The notes: generated from the sequence alone by a model not told the origin. Shown: positions 10,400 to 21,273, counted from the stretch's first letter. The stretch is 64,000 bases of DNA from Candidatus Poribacteria bacterium (GCA_963663765.2 CAXXUA010000002.1:224001-288000); one strand, 5' to 3'. Numbers and translations are program-made.

Positions 10400-10514
10400 T
10401 AATTTTGACGTGAACTATTGCTATCTGTTGAGTTTATATGTAAACATAAGAATTGAATTGTTTGTCGTAATTGTGATATAATATATTAACAATAAAGAAG
10501 AGTGAGATCAATAA

Positions 10515-11195
10515 ATGCACCTTGACTACCAAAAAGTTCTGGATCTGTCTTACATCGTTGATGAAAACAGTCCGCGCGAATTACCTATTGATCCTGTACG
10601 TATTTATGATCAGGCGACATTAGAAAAGGACGGTTATTTTGAAAGTAGAGTAGACATGTCTGGTCACTGTTCAACCCATATTGACACCCCTTGTTTGATG
10701 TATCCAGATGGCTATACTGTAGCAGAAATACCCAAAGAAAAACTAACAGGAAACGCCGTTTTAATGGATTTTTCTTCGGTCAAAAAACCTAAAGATGCTG
10801 TTACCGCAGAGGATGTTAGCGAATGGGTAAAAGCAAACGGAGAGATTCCTAAAGAGAGTATTGTTTTTATGCGGACTGGGATGGATAGGTTTGTCTATCA
10901 AGACAACTTCAACCGCGAATGGATTGGCTTTAGCGAAGATGCTGCAGAAATGTTGGTAGAAATGGGAATAAAGGTAATTGGCACGGATGCTTGTAGCATT
11001 GATTCAGTCGCAGGACATCCACCGTTACATGATGGTCTTCCCCCCGCGCACCTCGTTTTTCTTGGTGCAGGAATTCCACATGTCGAGGATTTATGTAACC
11101 TAAGCCAACTTCCAACACGTTTTTTTGTCGTAATAGCTCCACTTAAGTTAGCACGAAGTTCTGGGGCGCCAACACGTGTACTCGCTTTTGTATAA
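10515..11195 (+). CDS. Cyclase/kynurenine formamidase (KynB-like) metal hydrolase
   Basis: HCSTHIDTP, IGTDACSID, VEDLCNL, SGAPTRVLA. Confidence 0.85.
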   Translation: MHLDYQKVLDLSYIVDENSPRELPIDPVRIYDQATLEKDGYFESRVDMSGHCSTHIDTPCLMYPDGYTVAEIPKEKLTGNAVLMDFSSVKKPKDAVTAEDVSEWVKANGEIPKESIVFMRTGMDRFVYQDNFNREWIGFSEDAAEMLVEMGIKVIGTDACSIDSVAGHPPLHDGLPPAHLVFLGAGIPHVEDLCNLSQLPTRFFVVIAPLKLARSSGAPTRVLAFV

Positions 11196-11256
11196 TACTA
11201 TTGTGCTGCAACTCACCTTAAGCATACCGCAACCTTTGCTATATCTGAAATAAAAA

Positions 11257-12735
11257 ATGGAACTAAACATACCAGAGATGCTATCAGATTTGTTACGTGA
11301 AATCGGTCAGATAGGTGGCAAGCATGTTTATCTTGTTGGTGGATCAGTTCGTGATATAATACTTAAACGAAAAACTATTGACATTGACATTGTTGTAGAA
11401 GGGGATGCAATACGGATTGCACATGAGTTTCAAGATCGTTGGAATGGAAAACTGCAGACATATCCAGAATTCGGTACTGCAACCGTCACACGTTCTGATC
11501 CCATACTACCGAAGGTGGATTTCGCAACCGCACGAAGTGAAACGTATCAAAAGCCCGGAACGTTACCTAAGGTAAAACCTAACACGATAAATGAGGATTT
11601 ATTGCGGAGAGATTTTTCCATAAATGCATTAGCTATGCGTTTAGACAAAGATGCATTTGGAACATTTATAGATAAGACTGATGGACTTGACGATCTAAAG
11701 TCAGGAACTATTCGCGTTCTACATAACAAGAGTTACACAGACGATCCGACACGTATATTTCGCGCATGTAGATACGCAGCACGTTACAACTTCCACATTG
11801 CAGATGCGGATATAGAATTGATTCAAAAAGCAATACCTCAAATTGCATTTCTTAGTGGTGAGCGAATTCGGAATGAAATTGACCGCATATTTCTTGAAGA
11901 TTGTACATCCACAGTTATTCACCAACTTTCTGATTGGGGTGTCTTCAATACTATAATTCCAGGATGGGTGGTCTCTTCAACATTTTCAAAAGACTACAAG
12001 ACTTCTCAAAAAGCAATTTCGTGGGCATCACAGAATCTTACTGACATAGATTTTCAAACGAATATAGTTCAATGGATGACTCTATTCGGATTAAGCAATT
12101 CATTGAGTATGCCAAAATATATGATTGAAGCAATCTGCTTCAGACTTGTTTTATATCAACAACTTCGCAAGGTTGCAAGCATACCTTCAATAGCGGAACA
12201 GAATACCGATAGTCATAGCCAACTCATAAAAGTTTTTGAAAAACTTGATATTCCGCTTTCAAACGATGTTAGTTTTGACTATCAGAACGGAAAATGGTGC
12301 ATTGTTGATAATGAAAACAAGGCAACCTATGTCTATGGAGATGGAAACTTATACAATGTTCATACGCCTTTAACTGTTTTTCGTCAATTAATGCACATTT
12401 TGGATTCGTTGAATAACAGATTACCAACAAGCAGAATATATCAGTTATTGAAACCCATTCCAGTGGAAGCTCTTGTTTTGGGTTATACAGATACGAATAT
12501 AGCTAAACTAAAACGTAATATAATTGCAGATTACCTTATAAGCTTGCGACAAGTAAAACCAATTATTAACGGAGATGACCTGATCCAATGGGGTGAAATA
12601 CCTGGTAAGAAATTTGAGACAATTCTTTGGAAACTTTTCGCTGCTCAATTAGATGGAAAAATCAAAACAAAATCCGAGGCATACACACGGTTTTTAACTA
12701 TTATTAATCATTCTAAGAAACAATTCGAAAATTAG
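11257..12735 (+). CDS. cca: Class II tRNA nucleotidyltransferase (CCA/A-adding)
   Basis: VGGSVRD, DIDIVV, DFATARSE, DLLRRDFSINAL, DDPTRIFRACRY, SGERIRNE. Confidence 0.9.
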   Translation: MELNIPEMLSDLLREIGQIGGKHVYLVGGSVRDIILKRKTIDIDIVVEGDAIRIAHEFQDRWNGKLQTYPEFGTATVTRSDPILPKVDFATARSETYQKPGTLPKVKPNTINEDLLRRDFSINALAMRLDKDAFGTFIDKTDGLDDLKSGTIRVLHNKSYTDDPTRIFRACRYAARYNFHIADADIELIQKAIPQIAFLSGERIRNEIDRIFLEDCTSTVIHQLSDWGVFNTIIPGWVVSSTFSKDYKTSQKAISWASQNLTDIDFQTNIVQWMTLFGLSNSLSMPKYMIEAICFRLVLYQQLRKVASIPSIAEQNTDSHSQLIKVFEKLDIPLSNDVSFDYQNGKWCIVDNENKATYVYGDGNLYNVHTPLTVFRQLMHILDSLNNRLPTSRIYQLLKPIPVEALVLGYTDTNIAKLKRNIIADYLISLRQVKPIINGDDLIQWGEIPGKKFETILWKLFAAQLDGKIKTKSEAYTRFLTIINHSKKQFEN

Positions 12736-12758
12736 AAATATTGGAATTTACATAGTTT

Positions 12759-13445
12759 ATGTTGACACCAGAAACCATCTATTCAGCAATTCTTACAATT
12801 ACACAGTTCATCATCTTATTAACTTTTCACGAATGGGGACATGCTAAATCAGCATATATGTTAGGAGATTCAACTGCGCGTGATCAAGGACGACTTTCGT
12901 TAAATCCGGCTGTGCATATTGATCCTATTGGAACGCTTCTTTTACCAATGATTGGATCGTTGATGGGAGGAGGATTTTTCGGATGGGCAAAACCAGTACC
13001 CGTTAACCCGTATAACCTGAAAAAACCGAGAAGAGACCTTATGCTGATCGCGGCAGCAGGTCCTTTTATGAATATTGTTTTAACTTTTGTAATTTTTGGA
13101 TTAATCCATGTATTTGAACTAATCCATGGTTATCGTTCATTTGATGCAAACACTTACGTAGGTATAAAGACATTTCTAATTAATTCTGGAATTATAAGTG
13201 TATTCCTTGCAGCCTTTAATATGCTACCACTTTTTCCTTTAGATGGTTTCAGTGTTGTAAATGGTATTTTACCCGAAAGTTTATCTCGAGAATTCTCTAA
13301 ACTTGCTACGTATGGCATGCCTATTCTAATGGCAATTATTTTTCTTCCAATTATTTTTGGAATTCCAAATTATGTTTTCATTTTTCTTTTTGATATAACA
13401 ATGGAGACATTCAATTTAATAGGAAAAATCATGGGAATCCGATAG
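12759..13445 (+). CDS. Site-2 protease (M50) family
   Basis: HEWGH, AAAGP, FNMLPLFPLDG. Confidence 0.9.
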   Translation: MLTPETIYSAILTITQFIILLTFHEWGHAKSAYMLGDSTARDQGRLSLNPAVHIDPIGTLLLPMIGSLMGGGFFGWAKPVPVNPYNLKKPRRDLMLIAAAGPFMNIVLTFVIFGLIHVFELIHGYRSFDANTYVGIKTFLINSGIISVFLAAFNMLPLFPLDGFSVVNGILPESLSREFSKLATYGMPILMAIIFLPIIFGIPNYVFIFLFDITMETFNLIGKIMGIR

Positions 13446-13483
13446 TACATTTCATTTAACTAATGCTATAGACAAAGACATCA

Positions 13484-14263
13484 ATGTTAGAACAAATTTC
13501 ATCGACCAATTCATCATTACATCCTATATACTCTATAAAAATAGATGGTTTTGAGGGACCACTTGACCTTCTTCTTGAACTAATACAGAAGGAGGAGATG
13601 GATATACGCGATATTCAGATATCTATAATTACAGATCGCTATCTTGAATATGTAAATCTAATGGAACAGTTAGATCTGGATCTGGCATCTGAATTCTTGG
13701 TAATGGCAGCAAGACTGTTACATATAAAATCAGAAAGCATTCTTCCACAAATTGCTGAAAAGACTAAGTATCCGATTGGCAATCAAGCTCAACTTGTTCA
13801 ACAACTACTGGAATATAAACGGTATAAGGAAGCAGCACAAGTATTGGATGTTTATGCAGAAAAACGCACTTTAATTTACAATCGAAGTTCCAAGTTGCAC
13901 TCTGATTTAGATGGAACACGTACCTATGAAATAAAAGCGACACTTTTTGATCTACTTACTGCCTTTAAGAACATAAATGACAGAATATCAAATATTGAAC
14001 AGGATGAGGAATACCATACAGTTGAAGAAGAAACCATTACTGTTGAGGATAAAATTGCTTTCATAGAAAGGCAATTAGCCAACGATGACCAACTACTTTT
14101 TGATGATTTATTTCATTTCACATCAAGTAAATTAGACCTCATTGTTACTTTTCTTGCTATATTAGAACTGATAAGATTAGGCACAATCGTCACTGTACAA
14201 ACTGGATTGTTTGAAAGTATTTATATCGTCAAACCAGTCACAGAAAACAGCGGTTCTATTTAA
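13484..14263 (+). CDS. scpA: Segregation and condensation protein A
   Basis: FEGPLDLLLELI, EFLVMAARLLHIKS, IVTFLAILEL. Confidence 0.95.
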   Translation: MLEQISSTNSSLHPIYSIKIDGFEGPLDLLLELIQKEEMDIRDIQISIITDRYLEYVNLMEQLDLDLASEFLVMAARLLHIKSESILPQIAEKTKYPIGNQAQLVQQLLEYKRYKEAAQVLDVYAEKRTLIYNRSSKLHSDLDGTRTYEIKATLFDLLTAFKNINDRISNIEQDEEYHTVEEETITVEDKIAFIERQLANDDQLLFDDLFHFTSSKLDLIVTFLAILELIRLGTIVTVQTGLFESIYIVKPVTENSGSI

Positions 14264-14284
14264 AATATTCTGGGAAATCCCATA

Positions 14285-14923
14285 ATGGAAACAGAAGATA
14301 TAATTACTGACAATAATACATACCCGCAGCAAGATCGATCAAAGAACAATCCAAAATCTATATTGGAGGCGATACTATTTGCTGCAAGCGAACCAATCAC
14401 TGTAAAGCAGTTTCAACATGCACTACCAGCGATGAATGTACGCGAGATAAGAAAAGCACTCACAGAAATTCAAGATGATTATCAAAGTACTAATAGAAGT
14501 TTTCGGTTAATGGAAATTGCAAACGGATATCAAATATGTACTCGTCCAGAATTCTCTGATTGGATACGAAAGTTTTACATCCAACAAGTACGTGTAACCT
14601 TGTCACCATCCGCTTTAGAAACGCTTGCAATAGTCGCATACAAACAACCAGTAACTCGGAATGAAGTATCAACTATTCGCGGGGTCAACAGCGACAGCGT
14701 TATCAGTTCTCTCGTTGAAAAAGAACTTGTCTGTGTTTCAGGGAGAAAAGAAGGGGCTGGTCGTTCGCTCTTGTTTTCTACTACAGATACATTTCTTCAG
14801 CAATTTGGATTGAAAGACCCTTCCGAATTACCCTCTCTTGAGGAAATTGAACAACTCCTTTCCCCATCAAATGGACTTGAGAATCTTCCCACCGGTCAGG
14901 AGGAAGCTGAAAATGAATTATAA
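14285..14923 (+). CDS. scpB: Segregation and condensation protein B
   Basis: LEAILFAA, LSPSALETLAIVAYKQPVTR, IRGV, FLQQFGL. Confidence 0.95.
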   Translation: METEDIITDNNTYPQQDRSKNNPKSILEAILFAASEPITVKQFQHALPAMNVREIRKALTEIQDDYQSTNRSFRLMEIANGYQICTRPEFSDWIRKFYIQQVRVTLSPSALETLAIVAYKQPVTRNEVSTIRGVNSDSVISSLVEKELVCVSGRKEGAGRSLLFSTTDTFLQQFGLKDPSELPSLEEIEQLLSPSNGLENLPTGQEEAENEL

Positions 14924-16235
14924 TGCTTGGTTTGAATGTGATTCAGGATGTACCTATCCACTCACTGAAGTCATCTATCGTTGCAAAAACTGCGATGGTC
15001 TATTAAAGGTCAATCACGACTTAGATGTGTTGAAGCAAAGAAGTGCGGATGATTGGAAAACTCTTTTTGAACAACGTTATATGCGAACACAATACCCGTA
15101 TGGTAGCGGTGTTTGGGGGAAAAAGGAACTTGTTTGTCCTATAGTTGATGATAACAACATTATCTCAATGTATGAGGGTGGCACGAACTTGTTCTGGGCA
15201 GAACGTTTCGGTGAACAACTTGGACTCCCAGACCTTTGGATAAAACAGTGTGGTAATAGTCATACCGGTTCATTCAAAGACCTTGGAATGACAGTGTTGG
15301 TTTCTATGGTGAACCAGATTATATCAGATGGTGGAAATATACGAGCTGTCATGTGTGCTTCTACGGGTGATACTTCTGCCTCTTTAGCAGCTTATACTTC
15401 TGCAGCGGGAATCCCAGCTATTATCCTGCTACCTAAAGAGAAGGTTACCCGCGAACAACTTATCCAACCGATTGCTAACGGTGCATTGACCCTATCACTT
15501 GAAACCGACTTTGATGGATGCATGGATATCGTTCAAAAACTTGCTGCACGAAATGATTTCTATTTAGCAAATTCAATTAATTCACTTCGTATTGAAGGAC
15601 AGAAAACTATTAGTATTGAAATTGTACAGCAGTTTGATTGGGATGTACCTGATTGGATAATCATCCCTGGCGGTAATCTTGGAAATGTCTCTGCACTCGG
15701 TTTAGGTTTCCTAATGATGAAGCAACTTGGGATAATAGACAGACTACCACGTATCGCATGTGCCCAAGCAGAGCGCGCCAACCCACTCTATCGCAGTTAT
15801 AAAACTGGGTTCACGGAGTTTAAAGCCATCACAGCACAATCAACACAAGCAACAGCTATCCAAATCGGTAATCCTGTTTCAATTCACCGAGCAATACGTG
15901 TCTTGAAGCAGTTTGATGGCATTGTAGATCAAGCATCTGAAGTAGAATTAGCAGACGCCGCCGCAAGAGCTGATAGAACTGGACTCTTCAACTGTCCACA
16001 CACAGGCGTAGCATTAGCTGTACTCATAAAAATGATAGAACGAAAACAGATACAAAAAACTGAAAAAGTCATTGTCATTTCAACTGCTAATGGCCTCAAA
16101 TTTCCTGATTTTAAAGTTGCATATCATAATGTTGTTCCTAATGAATCCGCCCCGAAATATTATAACGCCCCAATTGAATTAGAAGCGAACTATGACAATG
16201 TACTCAAGCAAATAGACAAACAACTGAATGTGTAG
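14913..16235 (+). CDS. thrC: Threonine synthase
   Basis: HTGSFKDLG (PLP Lys), CASTGDTSAS, NSINSLRIEGQKT, PGGNLGN; ATG 14913 follows AGGAGG. Confidence 0.9.
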   Translation: MNYNAWFECDSGCTYPLTEVIYRCKNCDGLLKVNHDLDVLKQRSADDWKTLFEQRYMRTQYPYGSGVWGKKELVCPIVDDNNIISMYEGGTNLFWAERFGEQLGLPDLWIKQCGNSHTGSFKDLGMTVLVSMVNQIISDGGNIRAVMCASTGDTSASLAAYTSAAGIPAIILLPKEKVTREQLIQPIANGALTLSLETDFDGCMDIVQKLAARNDFYLANSINSLRIEGQKTISIEIVQQFDWDVPDWIIIPGGNLGNVSALGLGFLMMKQLGIIDRLPRIACAQAERANPLYRSYKTGFTEFKAITAQSTQATAIQIGNPVSIHRAIRVLKQFDGIVDQASEVELADAAARADRTGLFNCPHTGVALAVLIKMIERKQIQKTEKVIVISTANGLKFPDFKVAYHNVVPNESAPKYYNAPIELEANYDNVLKQIDKQLNV

Positions 16236-16284
16236 GGTGTGCAAAGTTTTGGTTGCTGGACGTAGGGGCGGGGTCTCCCTGCCC

Positions 16285-16427
16285 CATAGGCGTCAATTTA
16301 AGAAAAAAGTGTTGGCATTTTCTCTTTTGGGAGGGGTTTTCAACCCCGATTTTATGTTCATTTTCTCTCAAATCGGGGTTGAAAACCCCTCCTACAAGAG
16401 GTCAAAACCCTTAAATTGACGCCTATG
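16285..16427. mobile_element. MITE C1 (TIR CATAGGCGTCAATTTAAG) inserted in a REP hairpin, 19-bp duplication
   Basis: Perfect 18-bp TIRs; GGGCGGGGTCTCCCTGCCC at 16266-16284 and 16428-16446. Confidence 0.85.
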
Positions 16428-16545
16428 GGGCGGGGTCTCCCTGCCCGAACAGAAGTTTTACGCGGGCGAGGAAACCTCACCCCTACGATGTCCACAGTTC
16501 CCTAACGTCAAGTAAGCTTTGATAGTAACTGGACGGACTTCTTTT

Positions 16546-16667
16546 CAGAACTTACGCACCCAACGGTAGGCGCGCTTTGTAAGCGCGCTGGAAACCGAAA
16601 AAATGCTGAAAATTACACCATTTTCGTCATAATTCTTCATCAAATCATGAAAACTGCGTAAGTTCTG
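16546..16667. mobile_element. MITE D1 (TIR CAGAACTTACGCA), 5-bp TSD CTTTT
   Basis: TIRs; CTTTT at 16541-45 and 16668-72; the A copy starting at 63834 shows the empty site with one CTTTT. Confidence 0.85.
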
Positions 16668-16714
16668 CTTTTAATATCAGAGTTTCTACAAAAACTTTAC
16701 ACACCCGAATGTGT

Positions 16715-17075
16715 CAGGGTTATTCAGTTTTAGGAGTTTTCTGTTATTGAGACTTACTGAAAGTTAATACCCAAATGAGGTTTCCTAACTGCCCCTTATA
16801 CATCAATTTTAGATTATTCAAACATGAACATCGCTCTTTAAGTCCCGTAGGGACGACATGTTTATAGAAAACGAATACCCTCCCCAGCTCTTTAGTCCCG
16901 TAGGGACGATATGTTTATTCTTCTATGCCGTTCCTACGGAACTCAAGAGAGTTAGATAACATTTTTCTATAAACATATCGTCCCTACGGGACTAAAGACA
17001 CGGACAAGATGGCAACACATAAAATTAACGTCATAGCAAAAAATCATCAAAAACACCTAGAACTAAATAACCCTG
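16715..17075. mobile_element. MITE B1 (TIR CAGGGTTATTYAGTT), 9-bp TSD CGAATGTGT
   Basis: TIRs; CGAATGTGT at 16706-14 and 17076-84; internal AGTCCCGTAGGGACG repeats. Confidence 0.85.
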
Positions 17076-17091
17076 CGAATGTGTAAAAACT

Positions 17092-17121
17092 TTGTAAAAA
17101 TAATTGAAATTGTGCTATAAT
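17092..17121 (+). promoter_or_regulatory. Putative sigma70 promoter of xylA
   Basis: TTGTAA-N18-TATAAT with TGn extended -10. Confidence 0.5.
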
Positions 17122-17154
17122 CCAATATAAACGACAATAAATAGGAGTTAATGC

Positions 17155-18324
17155 ATGTCAGATCAGTTTCAACCCAAACCTGAACACAAGTTTACTTTTG
17201 GGTTGTGGACGGTGGGAAACCCAGGGCGCGATCCATTTGGAGACGTTGTTAGACCCACATTGAAACCTACATATAGTGTCCAAAAATTGAGCGAATTGGG
17301 TGCGTATGGTGTCAACCTACACGATAACGACTTAGTTCCATTTGATGCTACTACAACTGAACGCGATCAAATCGTCAGTGAATTCAAGCAAGCTCTTGAT
17401 GATAACGGTATGAAAGTACCGATGGCTACTACCAACCTTTTTTATCATCCGATCTTTAAAGATGGTGCTTTTACCTCAAATGACCCAAAAGTTAGAGCAT
17501 TTGCTATTCAAAAGACATTAAACGCCATTGACCTCGGTGTTGAACTTGGTGCAACTGTGTATGTGTTCTGGGGTGGTCGAGAAGGAGCAGAGGTAGATGC
17601 CGCTAAACACGGTCCTGATACAATCAAATGGAACCGAGAGGCGATGAACTTCTTCACACATTATGTCAAAGATCAAGGTTATGATCTCAAATTCGCTTTA
17701 GAAGCCAAGCCAAATGAACCACGTGGGGACATTTACCTGCCAACAACCGGGCACATGCTTCATTTCATTGAAACACTTGATCATCATGAAATGGTCGGTG
17801 TCAATCCCGAATTTGCACATGAAACTATGGCAGGATTAAATTTTATTCACGGTGTTGCACAAGCTTATGAAGCTGGAAAGTTATTCCATATTGACCTTAA
17901 TGACCAGAAAATGAGTCGTTTCGACCAGGACTTACGGTTCGGTTCAGAAAATATCAAAAGTGCGTTCTTCCTCGTAAAATTCCTTGAAGATGTAAACTGG
18001 AATGGTAACAGACACTTTGATGCACACGCTTACCGAACCGAAGATGAACAAGGAGTTTGGGATTTCGCAGCAGGATGTATGCGTAGTTACCTAATATTGA
18101 AAGAAAAAGCTGAACAGTTCAATGAAGATAAAGAGATACAAGGAATTCTCGCTGAACTTCGATCACGGGATCCTGAACTTGAATCACTCATGGCAAATTA
18201 TAGTTCTGAAAACTCTGAAAAAATTAGAAAGATTGATTTCAAACCTGAAGTGATAGCACAAAAAGGACTGGGATACGAAAAGTTAGATCAACTTACATTT
18301 GAGATCTTAACAGGAGTTCGATAA
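17155..18324 (+). CDS. xylA: Xylose isomerase (class I)
   Basis: [50 protein letters not shown]. Confidence 0.95.
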   Translation: MSDQFQPKPEHKFTFGLWTVGNPGRDPFGDVVRPTLKPTYSVQKLSELGAYGVNLHDNDLVPFDATTTERDQIVSEFKQALDDNGMKVPMATTNLFYHPIFKDGAFTSNDPKVRAFAIQKTLNAIDLGVELGATVYVFWGGREGAEVDAAKHGPDTIKWNREAMNFFTHYVKDQGYDLKFALEAKPNEPRGDIYLPTTGHMLHFIETLDHHEMVGVNPEFAHETMAGLNFIHGVAQAYEAGKLFHIDLNDQKMSRFDQDLRFGSENIKSAFFLVKFLEDVNWNGNRHFDAHAYRTEDEQGVWDFAAGCMRSYLILKEKAEQFNEDKEIQGILAELRSRDPELESLMANYSSENSEKIRKIDFKPEVIAQKGLGYEKLDQLTFEILTGVR

Positions 18325-18370
18325 TTTCTGGTCATCTGTGCACTTTTCTATGATTTGATGGAATCTAATT

Positions 18371-20290
18371 ATGAGTACGCTAATAATTGCTATATTGAGT
18401 TTTGTAGGTTTCATTGTCGCATACAATACCTATGGTAAGTGGTTAGCAAAAAGAATTTTCGGTTTAGACCCACAAGCAAAAGTACCAAGTCAAGAACTAA
18501 AAGATGATGTAGATTATGTTCCTACAAAAAAAGAGATTATTTTTGGTCATCATTTTACAAGTATAGCGGGTACAGGTCCAATCGTAGGACCAGCAATCGC
18601 AGTGTTTTGGGGATGGCTTCCTGCTCTGTTATGGGTCGTTCTCGGTTCCGTTTTCATCGGTGCAGTCCACGATTTTGGTGCATTGGTTGTTTCTCTCCGA
18701 AACAGAGGACAAAGTGTCGGTGAAGTCGCAGGCAGGATGATTGGACCTCGCGCAAAATTTCTATTCCTCTTTGTTCTCTTTATGGGTTTGACCATCGTCC
18801 TCGCAATATTTGGTTTGGTCATTGCCCTAATCTTTTCATATTATCCTGAGTCTGTCCTATCTGTCTGGATTGAAATCCCACTTGCTGTCGTTATCGGTGT
18901 TTGGATTCATCGTCAAGGTAAGAATATCCTCATACCGTCTATCGTTGCTCTCGGTATCATGTATATTGCAATGGCAGTCGGTGCGTATATTCTGCCAATT
19001 GACTTAGCCAAGTGGCTTGACATCGACTTACTTGGCAAAACTTACCTTAATGCTGTAGTTATTTGGACATTAGTGCTGTTTGTTTATTGTTTTATCGCTT
19101 CAGTGCTACCAGTTTGGACTCTTTTACAACCCCGTGATTTTATCAATAGTCATGAATTGGTATTAGCATTAGTGTTGTTAGTACTGGGTCTTGCTGTTGC
19201 AGGATTCACAGGAAAAGCAGACCTATTTGCATCCGCACCTGCAATAGCAAAAGACATTCCTCCTGATGCACCTCCGATATGGCCCTTCCTTTTCATTACG
19301 ATAGCGTGTGGGGCAGTCAGTGGTTTTCACTGCATGGTGAGTTCTGGCACTTCCAGCAAACAGGTGGAATCCGAAGATGATGCACAATACGTCGGATACG
19401 GTGCAATGTTGTTAGAGGGAGGTCTTGCAGTTGTTGTGATTATGGCTTGTTGTGCTGGAATCGGTATGGGGATCTTCGACCGTGATAATTCCGACACTGC
19501 AAGTGCTGGAGGCTATAGATTCCAAGCTGTACTCAAGGAGGGAAGTACAGAACCCATTGTGAATCAAGATGCTTGGCGGACCAGATATGCAACAGGTGAA
19601 AGTATAACAAATCCAGACGGTACTAATACAATAGTTGGAGGTGGATGGGAAAGCCACAAACTCAGAGAGAAAGTCAGTGCATTTGTTGATGGTGGTGGTA
19701 ATTTTCTTGCATCACTGGGGATTCCACTAAAAATGGGGATTGCGATTATGGCAGTACTGGTCGCAAGTTTTGCAGCGACCACACTGGATACTGCAACTCG
19801 TTTACAACGGTACGTTATACAGGAACTCGCTCAAACAGCGAATATAAAACCCCTAACAAACCGGTATATTGCAACTGCTTTTGCATTAATACTCGCTGCT
19901 GCAGTTGCCTTATTTCAAGGTCAAGGCGGTCCCGGTAGTGGTGGAATGACTCTATGGCCCCTCTTCGGCGCAACAAATCAACTATTAGCGGGTTTAGCAT
20001 TTATGGTGATCGTCTTCTATCTCGTCCGTAGAAACAAACCCATCTGGTTTGCTTTTCTGCCTATGGTAGTGATGCTTCTAATGCCTGCATGGGCAATGTT
20101 ACATCAAATGTTCAATCCGAACACTGGTTGGCTGTTTGAAGGCAAGTATCTTCTTTTCAGTTTCGGTGTTGTCATTGAAGCCTTGCAAATTTGGATGATC
20201 GCAGAAGGATTCATCGCATGGCAAAATGCGCGCGGAAATTATCCAGAATTACCTCCATTACAAACCGCAGTATCAAAAAGCAGTGCTTAA
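18371..20290 (+). CDS. cstA: Carbon starvation protein A peptide/pyruvate transporter
   Basis: DDVDYVPT, FGHHFTSIAGTGPIVGP, LLQPRD, ITIACGAVSGFH, TTLDTATRLQRY, WPLFGATNQLLA. Confidence 0.92.
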   Translation: MSTLIIAILSFVGFIVAYNTYGKWLAKRIFGLDPQAKVPSQELKDDVDYVPTKKEIIFGHHFTSIAGTGPIVGPAIAVFWGWLPALLWVVLGSVFIGAVHDFGALVVSLRNRGQSVGEVAGRMIGPRAKFLFLFVLFMGLTIVLAIFGLVIALIFSYYPESVLSVWIEIPLAVVIGVWIHRQGKNILIPSIVALGIMYIAMAVGAYILPIDLAKWLDIDLLGKTYLNAVVIWTLVLFVYCFIASVLPVWTLLQPRDFINSHELVLALVLLVLGLAVAGFTGKADLFASAPAIAKDIPPDAPPIWPFLFITIACGAVSGFHCMVSSGTSSKQVESEDDAQYVGYGAMLLEGGLAVVVIMACCAGIGMGIFDRDNSDTASAGGYRFQAVLKEGSTEPIVNQDAWRTRYATGESITNPDGTNTIVGGGWESHKLREKVSAFVDGGGNFLASLGIPLKMGIAIMAVLVASFAATTLDTATRLQRYVIQELAQTANIKPLTNRYIATAFALILAAAVALFQGQGGPGSGGMTLWPLFGATNQLLAGLAFMVIVFYLVRRNKPIWFAFLPMVVMLLMPAWAMLHQMFNPNTGWLFEGKYLLFSFGVVIEALQIWMIAEGFIAWQNARGNYPELPPLQTAVSKSSA

Positions 20291-20417
20291 ATTTTTACCA
20301 AAAAACTTCAATATTTATTGGCAATTGTGTTATACTTGCATGCTATACTTTAATTTATATGCATCTAAAAAGACAGATGTATAAAAACATTATTTGTTCA
20401 CACTCTCGGAGGAATGC

Positions 20418-21218
20418 ATGGAACAGCATATAACAGATGAACAGTGGGAACATTTCTCGGAATACGGCTATGTTCATATCGGTCAGGTAGCAACAGATGA
20501 CGAATTATCAGAGTTACAACAACACATGGACGACATCATGCTTGGAAAAGCCCCCATAGATTATAACAAAATCATGATGCAACTGGATAGAGCGCCGGGA
20601 ACAAACGCACCCGGACCACAATCTGCTGGACATAAAGGGGTTACTTTACTTTATAGAAAAATTCAGAATCTTGAATTGGATCCATACTTCTTAAAATATC
20701 TTCAAAATACTACTTTCAAAGAAGTCTGTGCAAACATCTATGGAAAAGATGTGCCTATTCTCTGTTTCCGCGCAATGTTTATGAACAAACCCGCAGGAGA
20801 AGGTACATATCTCGTCTGGCATCAAGATAGATGGACAGACCTTGACCGAGATCCTCAGATTACAATCTATACAGCATTAGATCCCGCAACGATTGAAAAT
20901 GGATGTGTACATATTATCCCCGGCTCACATAGCGAACTCATTAATCCATCTCACGGTTCTGGTTTTCTTAATCAAGAACAGATAGATGACATCGTTGCGA
21001 ATTCAACGCCACTGCCGCTGGAATTAAAAGCAGGCGAGGTAGTCCTACTACACAATTGGATGCTACACAGTTCGGGGACAAACCAAACGGAAATTCCGCG
21101 TAGAGCTTTCAGCGTGTGCTATATGCATGGAGATACAAAATCCCATCGCGGTTCAACCTTTAGACGCGTATTCGGTGAGGGTGCTTTGACAGTTGAAGAT
21201 TTAGCGAAAACTGCATAG
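20418..21218 (+). CDS. PhyH-family Fe(II)/2-oxoglutarate dioxygenase
   Basis: WHQD, LDPATIENGC..IIPGSH, LHSSGTN, RRAFS; GGAGG before ATG 20418. Confidence 0.88.
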   Translation: MEQHITDEQWEHFSEYGYVHIGQVATDDELSELQQHMDDIMLGKAPIDYNKIMMQLDRAPGTNAPGPQSAGHKGVTLLYRKIQNLELDPYFLKYLQNTTFKEVCANIYGKDVPILCFRAMFMNKPAGEGTYLVWHQDRWTDLDRDPQITIYTALDPATIENGCVHIIPGSHSELINPSHGSGFLNQEQIDDIVANSTPLPLELKAGEVVLLHNWMLHSSGTNQTEIPRRAFSVCYMHGDTKSHRGSTFRRVFGEGALTVEDLAKTA

Positions 21219-21273
21219 AAAAAAGTTTATACACATACTTGAACAAAACTTAATATTGAATAGGGAGAATGGA

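Larger units (their letters stand above)
16235..16706. mobile_element. MITE A1 (TIR GGGTGTGYAAAGTTTT) with 9-bp TSD; hosts nested C1 and D1
   Basis: TIRs at 16235 and 16706; GAATGTGTA at 16226-16234 is repeated on the right (16707-16714, completed at 17077-17085 after removing B1). Confidence 0.85.
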
